From positions 336,164-368,163 of the forward strand of contig NZ_LT606950.1 of assembly GCF_900095195.1 (NCBI RefSeq): a stretch of 32,000 bases of DNA, given 5' to 3'. Made by a program: the position numbers and the translations under genes. Each line of letters begins with the position of its first letter. The first letter of the stretch is position 1. This document shows, piece after piece, positions 8,654 through 17,556 of the stretch. The notes beneath the pieces are model-generated. The model saw only the letters and a list, made by a program, of their open reading frames with translations, searched no databases and was not told the origin of the DNA. Origin of the DNA: Polynucleobacter necessarius (GTDB lineage Bacteria; Pseudomonadota; Gammaproteobacteria; Burkholderiales; Burkholderiaceae).

Positions 8654-9700
8654 TTATTCTTTATCGACTAAAGAACGGGCCTTCTCGACGTCCTGACGAT
8701 AGGCTTCAAAAATATTCTTGAGCGCATCTGCCATCGTAGTGGTCGGTTTCCAGCCCAATTCACTCATCGTATTGTCGATTGCAGGGACGCGGTTTTGTAC
8801 ATCCTGATAGCCCTCGCCATAGTAGGCGCCCGAGGTTGTTTCAACAATCTTCACATCATTTGCTGTCTTGGCGTATTCCGGAATACTGCGCGCGATCTCC
8901 AACATTTGATTTGCCAATTCACGAACAGAGTGATTATTTTTGGGGTTGCCAATGTTGTAGATCTTGCCGTTAGCGACACCATCTTTGTTATCGATAATGA
9001 GCATTAGGGCATCGATGCCATCGTCAACATAAGTAAAGGCGCGTTTTTGGGCGCCACCATCTACTAGGTTAATTGGTTCACCGCGGACAATGTGACCCAA
9101 GAACTGGGTCACTACGCGAGATGAGCCTTCTTTTGGTGTGTAGATGCTATCGAGACCTGGTCCAATCCAGTTAAATGGACGGAATAGGGTAAAGCGCAGA
9201 CCCTCCATGCCGTAACCCCAAATCACGCGATCCATGAGTTGTTTGGAGCAAGCGTAAATCCAGCGCGGTTTATTAATTGGCCCATACACCATACTCGATG
9301 TAGATGGATCAAATTCGCTATCCTCACACATGCCATAAACCTCAGAGGTTGATGGAAAGACTAAGTGCTTCTTGTATTTCGCTGCGGAGCGAACGATGGG
9401 TAAATTTGCTTCGAAATCCAGTTCAAATACTTTGAGAGGCTGTTGTACATACGTTGCTGGCGTCGCAATGGCAACTAAGGGCAGGATGACATCGCATTTG
9501 CGAATGTGATACTTAACCCACTCTTTATTAATGGTGATATCGCCTTCAAAAAAGTGCATGCGAGGATGATGGATTAGATCTCCAAGACGATCATTCTGCA
9601 TATCCATGCCATAGGCATCCCAATCGGTTGTCTCCAGAATGCGCTTGGAAAGGTGGTGACCAATAAATCCGTTCACACCAAGAATGAGTACTTTTTTCAT
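8654..9700 (-). CDS. arnA: UDP-glucuronate oxidative decarboxylase (stand-alone ArnA C-terminal domain)
   Basis: VLILGVNGFIGHHL...FFEGDITINKEWVKYHIRKCDVILPLVAIATPATY...VFELDFEANL...FPSTSEVYGMC...YACSKQLMDRV closely parallels the E. coli ArnA dehydrogenase domain. Confidence 0.9.
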   Translation of the reverse strand: MKKVLILGVNGFIGHHLSKRILETTDWDAYGMDMQNDRLGDLIHHPRMHFFEGDITINKEWVKYHIRKCDVILPLVAIATPATYVQQPLKVFELDFEANLPIVRSAAKYKKHLVFPSTSEVYGMCEDSEFDPSTSSMVYGPINKPRWIYACSKQLMDRVIWGYGMEGLRFTLFRPFNWIGPGLDSIYTPKEGSSRVVTQFLGHIVRGEPINLVDGGAQKRAFTYVDDGIDALMLIIDNKDGVANGKIYNIGNPKNNHSVRELANQMLEIARSIPEYAKTANDVKIVETTSGAYYGEGYQDVQNRVPAIDNTMSELGWKPTTTMADALKNIFEAYRQDVEKARSLVDKE

Positions 9701-9747
9701 TATTACTGCCTCGTTTTAATCGAATTCGTATATCTGTATGCTGCTTA

Positions 9748-10614
9748 TTACTTTGCCGGAAACCATTCCAAGACCTCAATGGCTTGTTGATTGCCGCAAA
9801 TACCAAATACCCGATTATCAACCACTTGGATGCCAGGAGTCCCAAGATCCAGATTTACTGGAAAGGGTCCTTTGAGGCTGGATTTCGCAAGGATCATGGT
9901 TTGGCCTTGAAAGTCGGTAAAGGCTCCAGGGTAAGAGGGTGCCACTGCTCTGATTAGGTTATGCACCTGTTGCGCGGTCTGATTCCAGTAGATTTGCCCA
10001 TCAGCGGGCTTGCGACCACCAAAATAACTGCCTTGATTTAGTAGGTTGGGTGAACGAGGTACATTGCCTTGAAGTAACTCAGGCAATACTGTCCGAATGA
10101 CTTCAGCCGCAGCGCGACTAACTTTGCTAAAGACCTCTGTTGCGGTTTCATCGGGGCCAATGTCCACACTAGCTTGCCCCACAATATCGCCTGCATCTGG
10201 CTTCGTTTCCATGACGTGCAAAGTAGCACCGGTTGTTGTCTCACCATGCAAGATAGCCCAATTGACTGGAGCGCGACCGCGGTACTTTGGCAATAAAGAG
10301 CCATGCATGTTCAGTGCAGCAATCTTGGCGCATTCCAAGATTGGCGCGGGAATCATGTAGCGGTAATAAAACGAAAATAAATAATCCGGTGAAAGTGCCT
10401 GAAGCTTTGGAGTCAGACCGCCTAACTCTTCAATGCTGGGAGTAATGTAGGCAATATTTTTCTCTTGACAGAGTTTGGCAACGCTACCGAACCAAACATT
10501 TTCATTGGGGTCATCTTGATGGGTAACCACCAGATCAATCTGGATGCCTGCTTCCAGTAAGGCTTTTAGACAATTGACGCCGACATCATGGTAGGCGAAT
10601 ACGACTGCGCGCAA
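9748..10614 (-). CDS. arnA: UDP-4-amino-4-deoxy-L-arabinose formyltransferase (stand-alone ArnA N-terminal domain)
   Basis: MRAVVFAYHDVGVNCLKALLEAG...LNMHGSLLPKYRGRAPVNWAILHGE has the formyltransferase N/H/D motifs. The TTG start directly abuts the arnC stop. Confidence 0.85.
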   Translation of the reverse strand: MRAVVFAYHDVGVNCLKALLEAGIQIDLVVTHQDDPNENVWFGSVAKLCQEKNIAYITPSIEELGGLTPKLQALSPDYLFSFYYRYMIPAPILECAKIAALNMHGSLLPKYRGRAPVNWAILHGETTTGATLHVMETKPDAGDIVGQASVDIGPDETATEVFSKVSRAAAEVIRTVLPELLQGNVPRSPNLLNQGSYFGGRKPADGQIYWNQTAQQVHNLIRAVAPSYPGAFTDFQGQTMILAKSSLKGPFPVNLDLGTPGIQVVDNRVFGICGNQQAIEVLEWFPAK

Positions 10615-11577
10615 TTATTTTTTCTCTAAGACGGTTTGCACAACGTAACGAGGGCGATTACGAATTTGCTGATAGATACGTCCAATGTATTCGCCGAGCA
10701 AACCCAAGCCAAAGAGCATTACGCCAATCAAGAAGAAAGTGAGCGCAAAGAGGGTAAAGACCCCTTCAACTTCGGCTCCAAGAACAAAACGACGCACTAA
10801 CAGATAGGCAAACAGGCTGCCAGCTGCCAGCGAGAGCAGCATGCCCAGAATCGAGAAGATCTGCAAAGGCATGATGGAAAACCCAGTGACCAAATCAAAA
10901 TTCAGGCGAATGAGTTGATATAGGCTGTATTTGGATTCCCCTGCAAAACGCTCTTCGTGTTTTACAGTGATTTCGATGGGGTTAGCAGCAAAGGTGTATG
11001 CCAATGCTGGAATGAACGTATTGCTCTCATCGCATTGGCGAACCAAGTCAACGATACGACGACTATAGCCTCGCAACATGCACCCTTGGTCCATCATCGT
11101 GATGCGGGTAATGTTTTCGCGCAGACGATTCATAGCACGGGATGCAAATTTTCTAAAAAAACTATCTTGGCGATCTGCGCGAATCGTGCCAACGTAATCG
11201 TGACCCTTCAGAAGTTGCTCGGTCAGGGCATCAATTTCTTCGGGTGGATTTTGTAAATCCGCATCCAAAGTAATGATGTGCTCACCTCTTGCGTATTCAA
11301 AACCAGCCATGATAGCCATATGTTGACCAAAATTACTATGAAACAACACAGCGCGTGTTACGTCTGGACGCAGCTCAACTTGTTTTGCCAAAATGCCCGC
11401 AGAGCGATCTTTGCTGCCATCGTTCACATAAACGACTTCGTAATGCAGGTTTCGTTTCTTAGCGAGAGTATCTAAAGCGGGGTACAGGCGATCAAACAAT
11501 GCTTGGAGTCCATCTTCCTCGTTGTAAACGGGGATGACGATGCTCAGCGTTGGATTGGCGGCTAAATTGGCAGTCAT
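10615..11577 (-). CDS. arnC: Undecaprenyl-phosphate 4-deoxy-4-formamido-L-arabinose transferase (GT2)
   Basis: 320 aa. LSIVIPVYNEE...VNDGSKD...ITLDADLQNPPEEI is the GT2 signature, and two C-terminal TM helices are present. Operon context supports the call. Confidence 0.9.
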   Translation of the reverse strand: MTANLAANPTLSIVIPVYNEEDGLQALFDRLYPALDTLAKKRNLHYEVVYVNDGSKDRSAGILAKQVELRPDVTRAVLFHSNFGQHMAIMAGFEYARGEHIITLDADLQNPPEEIDALTEQLLKGHDYVGTIRADRQDSFFRKFASRAMNRLRENITRITMMDQGCMLRGYSRRIVDLVRQCDESNTFIPALAYTFAANPIEITVKHEERFAGESKYSLYQLIRLNFDLVTGFSIMPLQIFSILGMLLSLAAGSLFAYLLVRRFVLGAEVEGVFTLFALTFFLIGVMLFGLGLLGEYIGRIYQQIRNRPRYVVQTVLEKK

Positions 11578-11627
11578 GATGCGATTTTGCCTGATTTTGC
11601 TGGCAAAACCTCTAAAACCGAATAGGG

Positions 11628-12791
11628 CTAGTTTTTGCGGTGTTTCTTCAGAATTTCAATGAATCCGCAGCTGATGCGGCGGATATCTTCATCAGCCATT
11701 GCAGGAAACAGGGGGAGAGTCAAAATGGAGCGACCAACGCATTCTGCAATGGGTGTATCACTAGTTTTATATCCCTGGTTTTTATAGAGAGTAAAGCCAG
11801 TAATTGCAGGATAGTGCACACCAGTGCCAATACCGATTTCCTTGAGCTCGGACATTACTTGAGTGCGATCGCAGTCTAACTGTTCTAGTGGAAGAACCAC
11901 TTGGAACATATGCCAATTTGTCTCCGAAAAATTTTCCACGGGTAACTCAAGAGGCAAATTTTCTAATCCAGCGGATTGGAGCCCAGCGCGTATAGCGTCA
12001 AAGTATTGGCGTGCTAATGCTGCACGACGAGTTTGATACGCAGGCAGTTGTTTAAGTTGGTGAAGACCGATCACAGCATTTACATCGGTTAAGTTATCTT
12101 TGCCGCCCAGCACATCGACATCCATGCCATCCATCCCTTGGCGGGTTAATCCTTGGAGGCGGAACTTTTCAGCGAGCGTTGCTTCATCGGCATTGTTAAG
12201 TACGAGGCATCCGCCCTCAACCGTAGTGAGATTCTTATTGGCCTGAAAACTAAAGCTCACTAAGTCCCCAAAGCTACCAATCTTTTGACCGTTCCATTGC
12301 GAACCAAAGGCTTGTGCCGCATCTTCAATCACACGTAGGTTGAATTGATTGGCCAAGGTATATAACTGATCCATGTCCACTGGCAAGCCTGCTAAGTAGA
12401 CTGGCATGATGGCACGCGTTTGGGGGGTGATGGCAGCAGTTACCTTAAGGAGATCAATATTACGAGTGACAGGATCAATATCCACGAAGATCGGTTTAGC
12501 GCCAACACTCAAAATGACATTCGATGTTGCCACCCAAGAAATTGGTGTCGTGATCACTTCGTCACCCTCGCCGATGCCAGCAACTTGCAGGGCAATCTTC
12601 ATCGTTGCCGTGCCATTAGCAAAACAACGCACAGGTCGTCCGCCAAAGTAGTTGCTGAGAGTAGCCTCAAACTCTGCCGACTTCGGACCCGAAGTTACCC
12701 AACCGGAGCGCAATGCGTCTGCAACCGCATCAATGGTTTCTTGATTGAAGCTGGGGCGAGTAAAAGGAATAAAGGCGGGGGCGTTTGACAT
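11628..12791 (-). CDS. arnB: UDP-4-amino-4-deoxy-L-arabinose--oxoglutarate aminotransferase (DegT/DnrJ/EryC1 family)
   Basis: 387 aa. The PLP-Lys region FSFQANKNLTTVEGG matches E. coli ArnB SFHAIKNITCAEGG. Operon context supports the call. Confidence 0.9.
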   Translation of the reverse strand: MSNAPAFIPFTRPSFNQETIDAVADALRSGWVTSGPKSAEFEATLSNYFGGRPVRCFANGTATMKIALQVAGIGEGDEVITTPISWVATSNVILSVGAKPIFVDIDPVTRNIDLLKVTAAITPQTRAIMPVYLAGLPVDMDQLYTLANQFNLRVIEDAAQAFGSQWNGQKIGSFGDLVSFSFQANKNLTTVEGGCLVLNNADEATLAEKFRLQGLTRQGMDGMDVDVLGGKDNLTDVNAVIGLHQLKQLPAYQTRRAALARQYFDAIRAGLQSAGLENLPLELPVENFSETNWHMFQVVLPLEQLDCDRTQVMSELKEIGIGTGVHYPAITGFTLYKNQGYKTSDTPIAECVGRSILTLPLFPAMADEDIRRISCGFIEILKKHRKN

Positions 12792-12814
12792 GGCTCTTAT
12801 ATTACTTCACTCGA

Positions 12815-14506
12815 TTACTGGCTTGAGGTGGAAACTTCTGGGTGTTTAACGATGACGCGCCGAGAATCTCGATCGATTTCTTGCATAGGAAAATTTTGTG
12901 CCTGAAGCGCTTCATATTGCTCAGGAACCATGATGGCATACGCTGTTTGATCCTCTTTCCAGCGAGCAATAAAGGCATCGAGCGTCTGCAACCACAGTTC
13001 GGGTTGCTGCTCGACACCAAAGCGTAATTCATCTGGATCTTCCACCATGATCATGGTTCTACCTAAGTAGAACGACATTGTGTGATCCAGTAAACGGACG
13101 GAATAAAAGTTCACGCCTGCTGGAATGGTTGCTTTAACGCGGTTCGCTAAATCGATGCCAGATACAGCTCTTCCTAAGGTTTCGTGACCGGTGCCAGCAA
13201 TCATGGCGCACAAGAAAAAGCCGCAAGCAAAACTCACAATACTTTGAAGACCCTTGCGTCTCGATTGCCATGCTGCATAAAGGCTAAAGACAATGAGTGC
13301 GATTAATGCAGTAATAATCCAATACGTGTATTGAGCATAAGCCGTAATTTCATCTGGCCTTGCTTGCTTGCCGATTTCGGATAAGAAGAAAAATCCAGCG
13401 CATCCCAATAAAGCAGAAGCAATAGCTTGCAGCCACCAAGGAAGTTTCATGCTATTCGTGTGACCTAGCAGGTGGTCCAAGCGGTTTCCAATCAATAAAG
13501 CCAGCGCAGGAAAAATGGGAATGATGTAGCCGGGTAATTTGGAGCGCGACACACTAAAGAACGCAAAGATCACCGCAAACCAACATACCAATAACCAGCC
13601 ACTAGAGAAACTGCGCTGACGTTCTTGCCACGCTTGCGTTATCGACCCCGGAATTTGAAGCACCCAAGGCAAGATGCCGATAAGTAATAGCGGTACAAAA
13701 TAATAGATTGGTCCCGTTCGACTGTGCGCATCTTGCGTGAAGCGCTGTAGGTGTTCGTGAATAAAGAAAAATTCTAAGAACTCGGGATTGCGTTGTGCAA
13801 CCAAGATAAACCATGGGGCTGTAATAAGAAGGTAGAGAGTGATTCCGCTAAACAAACGCAGCCGCGTCCAAACTTTCCAATCCCAAGTAGTGAGGGAGTG
13901 GGCGATAAACACCATAGTGGGTATTGCTGCACCAATTACACCTTTTGATAGGGTAGCGAGAGCCATAAAGAACCAACAAGCCCACATCCAATGTCGCGTG
14001 TCGGACTGATTTTGAGAGGTTTGCGCTATTAAAAGACTGCACAGAGCTGCAACTAAAAATGCAGACAGCCCCATATCCAAAGAATTGAAGTGACCACTAA
14101 TGATCCACATCGGGCTGGACGCCAAAACTACTGCAGCTAACCATCCTGCTCTGGCGTTATAAATACGCGCCCCGGTAAATCCAATTGCCACAATCGTGAA
14201 GAATCCAGTTAACGCCGTCCACAATCGAGCCTGCCAATCACCAATTCCGAAAACTTGAAATGCTGCGGCAGTTGCCCAGATTTGCAGCGGTGGCTTCTCA
14301 AAATATTTATAGCCGTTATAGCGAGGGGTGATCCAATCGCCGGTCACCAGCATTTCTCTAGCCATTTCTGCATACCGACCCTCATCGGAAGGAATGAGGT
14401 GGCGATAATTTAGAGTGCCAAACCAGATCAACGCATAAATCACGAGCAAGAGCAAAATCTTGCCGGAGTGAAGGGCAGCCGATTGGCGTATGTGCCAAAA
14501 CTGCAT
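12815..14506 (-). CDS. arnT: Lipid A 4-amino-4-deoxy-L-arabinose transferase (GT39/GT83-like, polytopic membrane protein)
   Basis: 563 aa. SDEGRYAEMAREMLVTGDWITPRYNGYKYFEKPP parallels E. coli ArnT [21 protein letters not shown]...YFEKP. There are many TM segments and the HLQRF and SKLPGYI motifs. Confidence 0.85.
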   Translation of the reverse strand: MQFWHIRQSAALHSGKILLLLVIYALIWFGTLNYRHLIPSDEGRYAEMAREMLVTGDWITPRYNGYKYFEKPPLQIWATAAAFQVFGIGDWQARLWTALTGFFTIVAIGFTGARIYNARAGWLAAVVLASSPMWIISGHFNSLDMGLSAFLVAALCSLLIAQTSQNQSDTRHWMWACWFFMALATLSKGVIGAAIPTMVFIAHSLTTWDWKVWTRLRLFSGITLYLLITAPWFILVAQRNPEFLEFFFIHEHLQRFTQDAHSRTGPIYYFVPLLLIGILPWVLQIPGSITQAWQERQRSFSSGWLLVCWFAVIFAFFSVSRSKLPGYIIPIFPALALLIGNRLDHLLGHTNSMKLPWWLQAIASALLGCAGFFFLSEIGKQARPDEITAYAQYTYWIITALIALIVFSLYAAWQSRRKGLQSIVSFACGFFLCAMIAGTGHETLGRAVSGIDLANRVKATIPAGVNFYSVRLLDHTMSFYLGRTMIMVEDPDELRFGVEQQPELWLQTLDAFIARWKEDQTAYAIMVPEQYEALQAQNFPMQEIDRDSRRVIVKHPEVSTSSQ

Positions 14507-14883
14507 TAAGTCGGCTCCACAATCAGCGCTAAGAGAACTTGACGACCTTCGCCGGCCAAAATGTTGTAGGTACGACAGGCTGCTTGAGAATCCATAATTT
14601 CAAAGCCGATCTTGGCATCAATCAGGGCTTTGAGGAGTTGCGGTTTTGGAAAGCGTTGCTGACGACCTGTCCCAATGAGGACCAATTCTGGCTTGAGGGC
14701 GATCATTTGAGCAAAATGGTTTGCTTCCAAAGCGTCAAAGGATTTGGCTGACCATTCAGAAATAGCCCCATCTGAGCATAGTAAAACCGCATGGGCGTAT
14801 GGGACTTGGTTGATTTCCATGTAGCCATCACCATAGCCGGTGATCGTATTGGCTCCTGAATGGGGGTCAGGTTGAAGTTTCAC
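14506..14883 (-). CDS. Mth938-like (DUF498) domain protein
   Basis: 125 aa with a GTG start. The pattern ...PELVLIGTGRQQRFP...GFEIMDSQAACRTYNILAGEGRQVLLALI is typical of the Mth938/NDUFAF3-like family. Its TAA stop shares one base with the arnT ATG (TAATG). Confidence 0.7.
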   Translation of the reverse strand: MKLQPDPHSGANTITGYGDGYMEINQVPYAHAVLLCSDGAISEWSAKSFDALEANHFAQMIALKPELVLIGTGRQQRFPKPQLLKALIDAKIGFEIMDSQAACRTYNILAGEGRQVLLALIVEPT

Positions 14884-14963
14884 GTGGACTCTCTGTCATA
14901 ATTGTGTGGATTATAGCTGGCTGTTTTTTTCCGAGATTTCAAGAACTTACCCATTAATTTATT

Positions 14964-16220
14964 GTGAAACCCGTTCTAAAGTCCCAAAAACTCAATCACG
15001 TCTGTTACGACATTCGTGGGCCAGTGCTCGAGCTCGCTCAGCGCATGGAGGAAGAGGGTCACAAAATCATCAAATTAAACATTGGAAATGTAGGGGTTTT
15101 TGGCTTCGATCCACCTGAAGAGATTCAGTTGGACATGATTCGGAATTTAAGCAATGCCTCTGCGTATTCAGATTCCAAGGGTATTTTTGCGGCCCGCAAA
15201 GCCATCATGCAGTATTGCCAAGAAAAAGGCATTCAAGGCGTCAATTTAGATGATGTGTATACCGGCAACGGCGTATCTGAACTGATCGTGCTGTCGATGA
15301 ACGCATTGCTCAATGATGGTGATGAAGTTCTCGTGCCTACACCAGACTATCCGCTGTGGACTGCTGCAGTCAGTTTGTCTAGTGGTACACCAGTGCACTA
15401 TCTGTGTGATGAAGCAAAAGAGTGGGCGCCCGACTTAAATGATTTGCGTAAAAAAATTACGCCACACACAAAAGCGATAGTGGTGATTAATCCAAATAAT
15501 CCTACTGGTGCTATCTTCTCAAAAGAAGTATTGCTAGAGCTTACACAAATTGCCCGCGAACACGGTTTAATTCTGTTTGCAGATGAGATTTACGACAAGA
15601 TGTTGTATGACGGTGAGAAGCACATTTCTCTGGCTTCCTTATCAAATGATGTCGTTGTCATTACCTTTAATGGCCTATCCAAAAACTACCGCTCATGCGG
15701 CTACCGCGCTGGCTGGATGGTGGTTTCCGGGGATAAGGAAATGGTGCGTGACTATATCGAGGGCCTCAATATGTTGGCATCGATGCGTTTGTGCGCAAAC
15801 GTTCCAGGTCAGTACGCTATTCAAACAGCGTTAGGCGGTTACCAAAGTATTAATGATCTCGTTAACGAAGGTGGACGACTTGCGAAGCAGCGCGATCTCG
15901 CTTGGAAGTTAATTACCGATATTCCAGGAGTCACCTGCGTCAAACCAAAATCGGCGCTGTATTTATTTCCTAGATTAGACCCTGATGTTTATCCGATTGA
16001 GGATGACCAACAGTTTGTAGCAGGTCTATTGAAAGAAGAAAAAGTATTGCTTGTGCAGGGCTCTGGTTTTAACTGGGGCAAGCCTGATCATTTCCGCGTA
16101 GTGTTCTTACCTCATGAGGATGTGCTTAAAGAGGCGATTGGTCGCCTTGCCCGTTTTCTTGAGCGTTATCGTAATAAGCATGGCCGCAAGGCTTCTTCAA
16201 CCGCAGCAAAGGCATCATGA
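14964..16220 (+). CDS. alaA: Alanine (glutamate-pyruvate) aminotransferase, class I PLP enzyme
   Basis: KSQKLNHVCYDIRGPVLELAQRMEEEGHKIIKLNIGN...NPNNPTGA...FNGLSKNYRSCGYRAGW...ASMRLCANVPGQYAIQTALGGYQSI is near-colinear with E. coli AlaA. GTG start. Confidence 0.85.
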   Translation: MKPVLKSQKLNHVCYDIRGPVLELAQRMEEEGHKIIKLNIGNVGVFGFDPPEEIQLDMIRNLSNASAYSDSKGIFAARKAIMQYCQEKGIQGVNLDDVYTGNGVSELIVLSMNALLNDGDEVLVPTPDYPLWTAAVSLSSGTPVHYLCDEAKEWAPDLNDLRKKITPHTKAIVVINPNNPTGAIFSKEVLLELTQIAREHGLILFADEIYDKMLYDGEKHISLASLSNDVVVITFNGLSKNYRSCGYRAGWMVVSGDKEMVRDYIEGLNMLASMRLCANVPGQYAIQTALGGYQSINDLVNEGGRLAKQRDLAWKLITDIPGVTCVKPKSALYLFPRLDPDVYPIEDDQQFVAGLLKEEKVLLVQGSGFNWGKPDHFRVVFLPHEDVLKEAIGRLARFLERYRNKHGRKASSTAAKAS

Positions 16221-17527
16221 AACCGATTCAAGTAGGTCTATTAGGTATTGGCACCGTTGGTGGTGGCGTATTCACTGTTCTCGAGCGCAACCAAGATGAG
16301 ATCACCCGCCGTGCAGGTCGTGGTATTCGAATTAATACCGTTGCCGATTTAAACGTCGAGCGTGCGAAAGAGATCGTTCAAGATCGAGCTCAGATCGTCA
16401 ATGATGCACGTGCCGTTATCAATAACCCTGAAATTGACATTGTGGTGGAGTTGATCGGCGGCTATGGTATTGCCAAAGACTTGGTACTAGAGGCGATTGC
16501 TGCTGGAAAGCATGTAGTGACCGCAAATAAAGCATTAATTGCAGTGCACGGCAATGAGATTTTTAAAGCGGCTCATGCTAAGGGTGTGATGGTGGCTTTT
16601 GAGGCAGTCGTTGCTGGTGGAATTCCGATCATCAAGGCGCTGCGGGAAGGCTTAACCGCCAACCGTATCGAATGGATTGTCGGCATTATTAACGGCACTA
16701 CCAACTTCATTCTCTCTGAGATGCGTGACAAAGGCTTGGACTTTGAAACCGTCCTGAAGGAGGCGCAACGCTTAGGCTATGCAGAAGCAGACCCCACCTT
16801 TGACATTGAAGGCGTTGATGCTGCGCACAAGGCAACCATCATGAGCGCAATCGCATTTGGTATTCCAATGCAGTTTGAAAAAGCGCACGTCGAAGGTATT
16901 ACCAAGTTAGCTGCTATCGACATACGTTATGCCGAGCAACTGGGTTACCGTATTAAGTTATTGGGCATTGCTAAGAAAACCCCAACTGGGGTGGAGTTGC
17001 GCGTTCACCCAACCTTAATTCCTGCGAAGCGTTTGATTGCTAATGTTGAGGGTGCTATGAATGCCGTGCAGGTATTCGGTGATGCTGTAGGCACCACTTT
17101 GTATTATGGCAAGGGTGCTGGCTCCGAACCCACGGCCTCTGCCGTGATTGCGGATTTAGTGGATATCACTCGTTTGCTAAGTGCTGATGCCGAACATCGT
17201 GTTCCATATTTAGCCTTCCAGCCAGATGCGGTCCAGGACACTCCCGTTTTGCCGATTGGCGAAATCTCCACAAGTTATTACTTGCGTATGCGCGTTGCAG
17301 ATCAGGCAGGCGTATTGGCGAATATCACCAAAATTTTGGCTTCTCATGGCGTATCCATTGATGCCCTTTTACAAAAAGAAGCCGATGAAGGTGAAAGTCG
17401 GACTGATCTGGTTGCATTGACGCATGAAACCAAAGAGAAGAATATGTTGTCAGCGATCAAAGAGATTCAGAATCTCAAAACGGTGGCTGGCGATGTAGTG
17501 AAGATTCGTCTAGAAAATCTGTCTTAA
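16217..17527 (+). CDS. hom: Homoserine dehydrogenase
   Basis: 436 aa. N-terminal GLLGIGTVGGG Rossmann motif, a catalytic domain and a C-terminal ACT domain. There is an ATGA overlap with alaA. Confidence 0.95.
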   Translation: MKPIQVGLLGIGTVGGGVFTVLERNQDEITRRAGRGIRINTVADLNVERAKEIVQDRAQIVNDARAVINNPEIDIVVELIGGYGIAKDLVLEAIAAGKHVVTANKALIAVHGNEIFKAAHAKGVMVAFEAVVAGGIPIIKALREGLTANRIEWIVGIINGTTNFILSEMRDKGLDFETVLKEAQRLGYAEADPTFDIEGVDAAHKATIMSAIAFGIPMQFEKAHVEGITKLAAIDIRYAEQLGYRIKLLGIAKKTPTGVELRVHPTLIPAKRLIANVEGAMNAVQVFGDAVGTTLYYGKGAGSEPTASAVIADLVDITRLLSADAEHRVPYLAFQPDAVQDTPVLPIGEISTSYYLRMRVADQAGVLANITKILASHGVSIDALLQKEADEGESRTDLVALTHETKEKNMLSAIKEIQNLKTVAGDVVKIRLENLS

Positions 17528-17556
17528 ATTTATTTCCGCACAATTCTGTAAAACCC

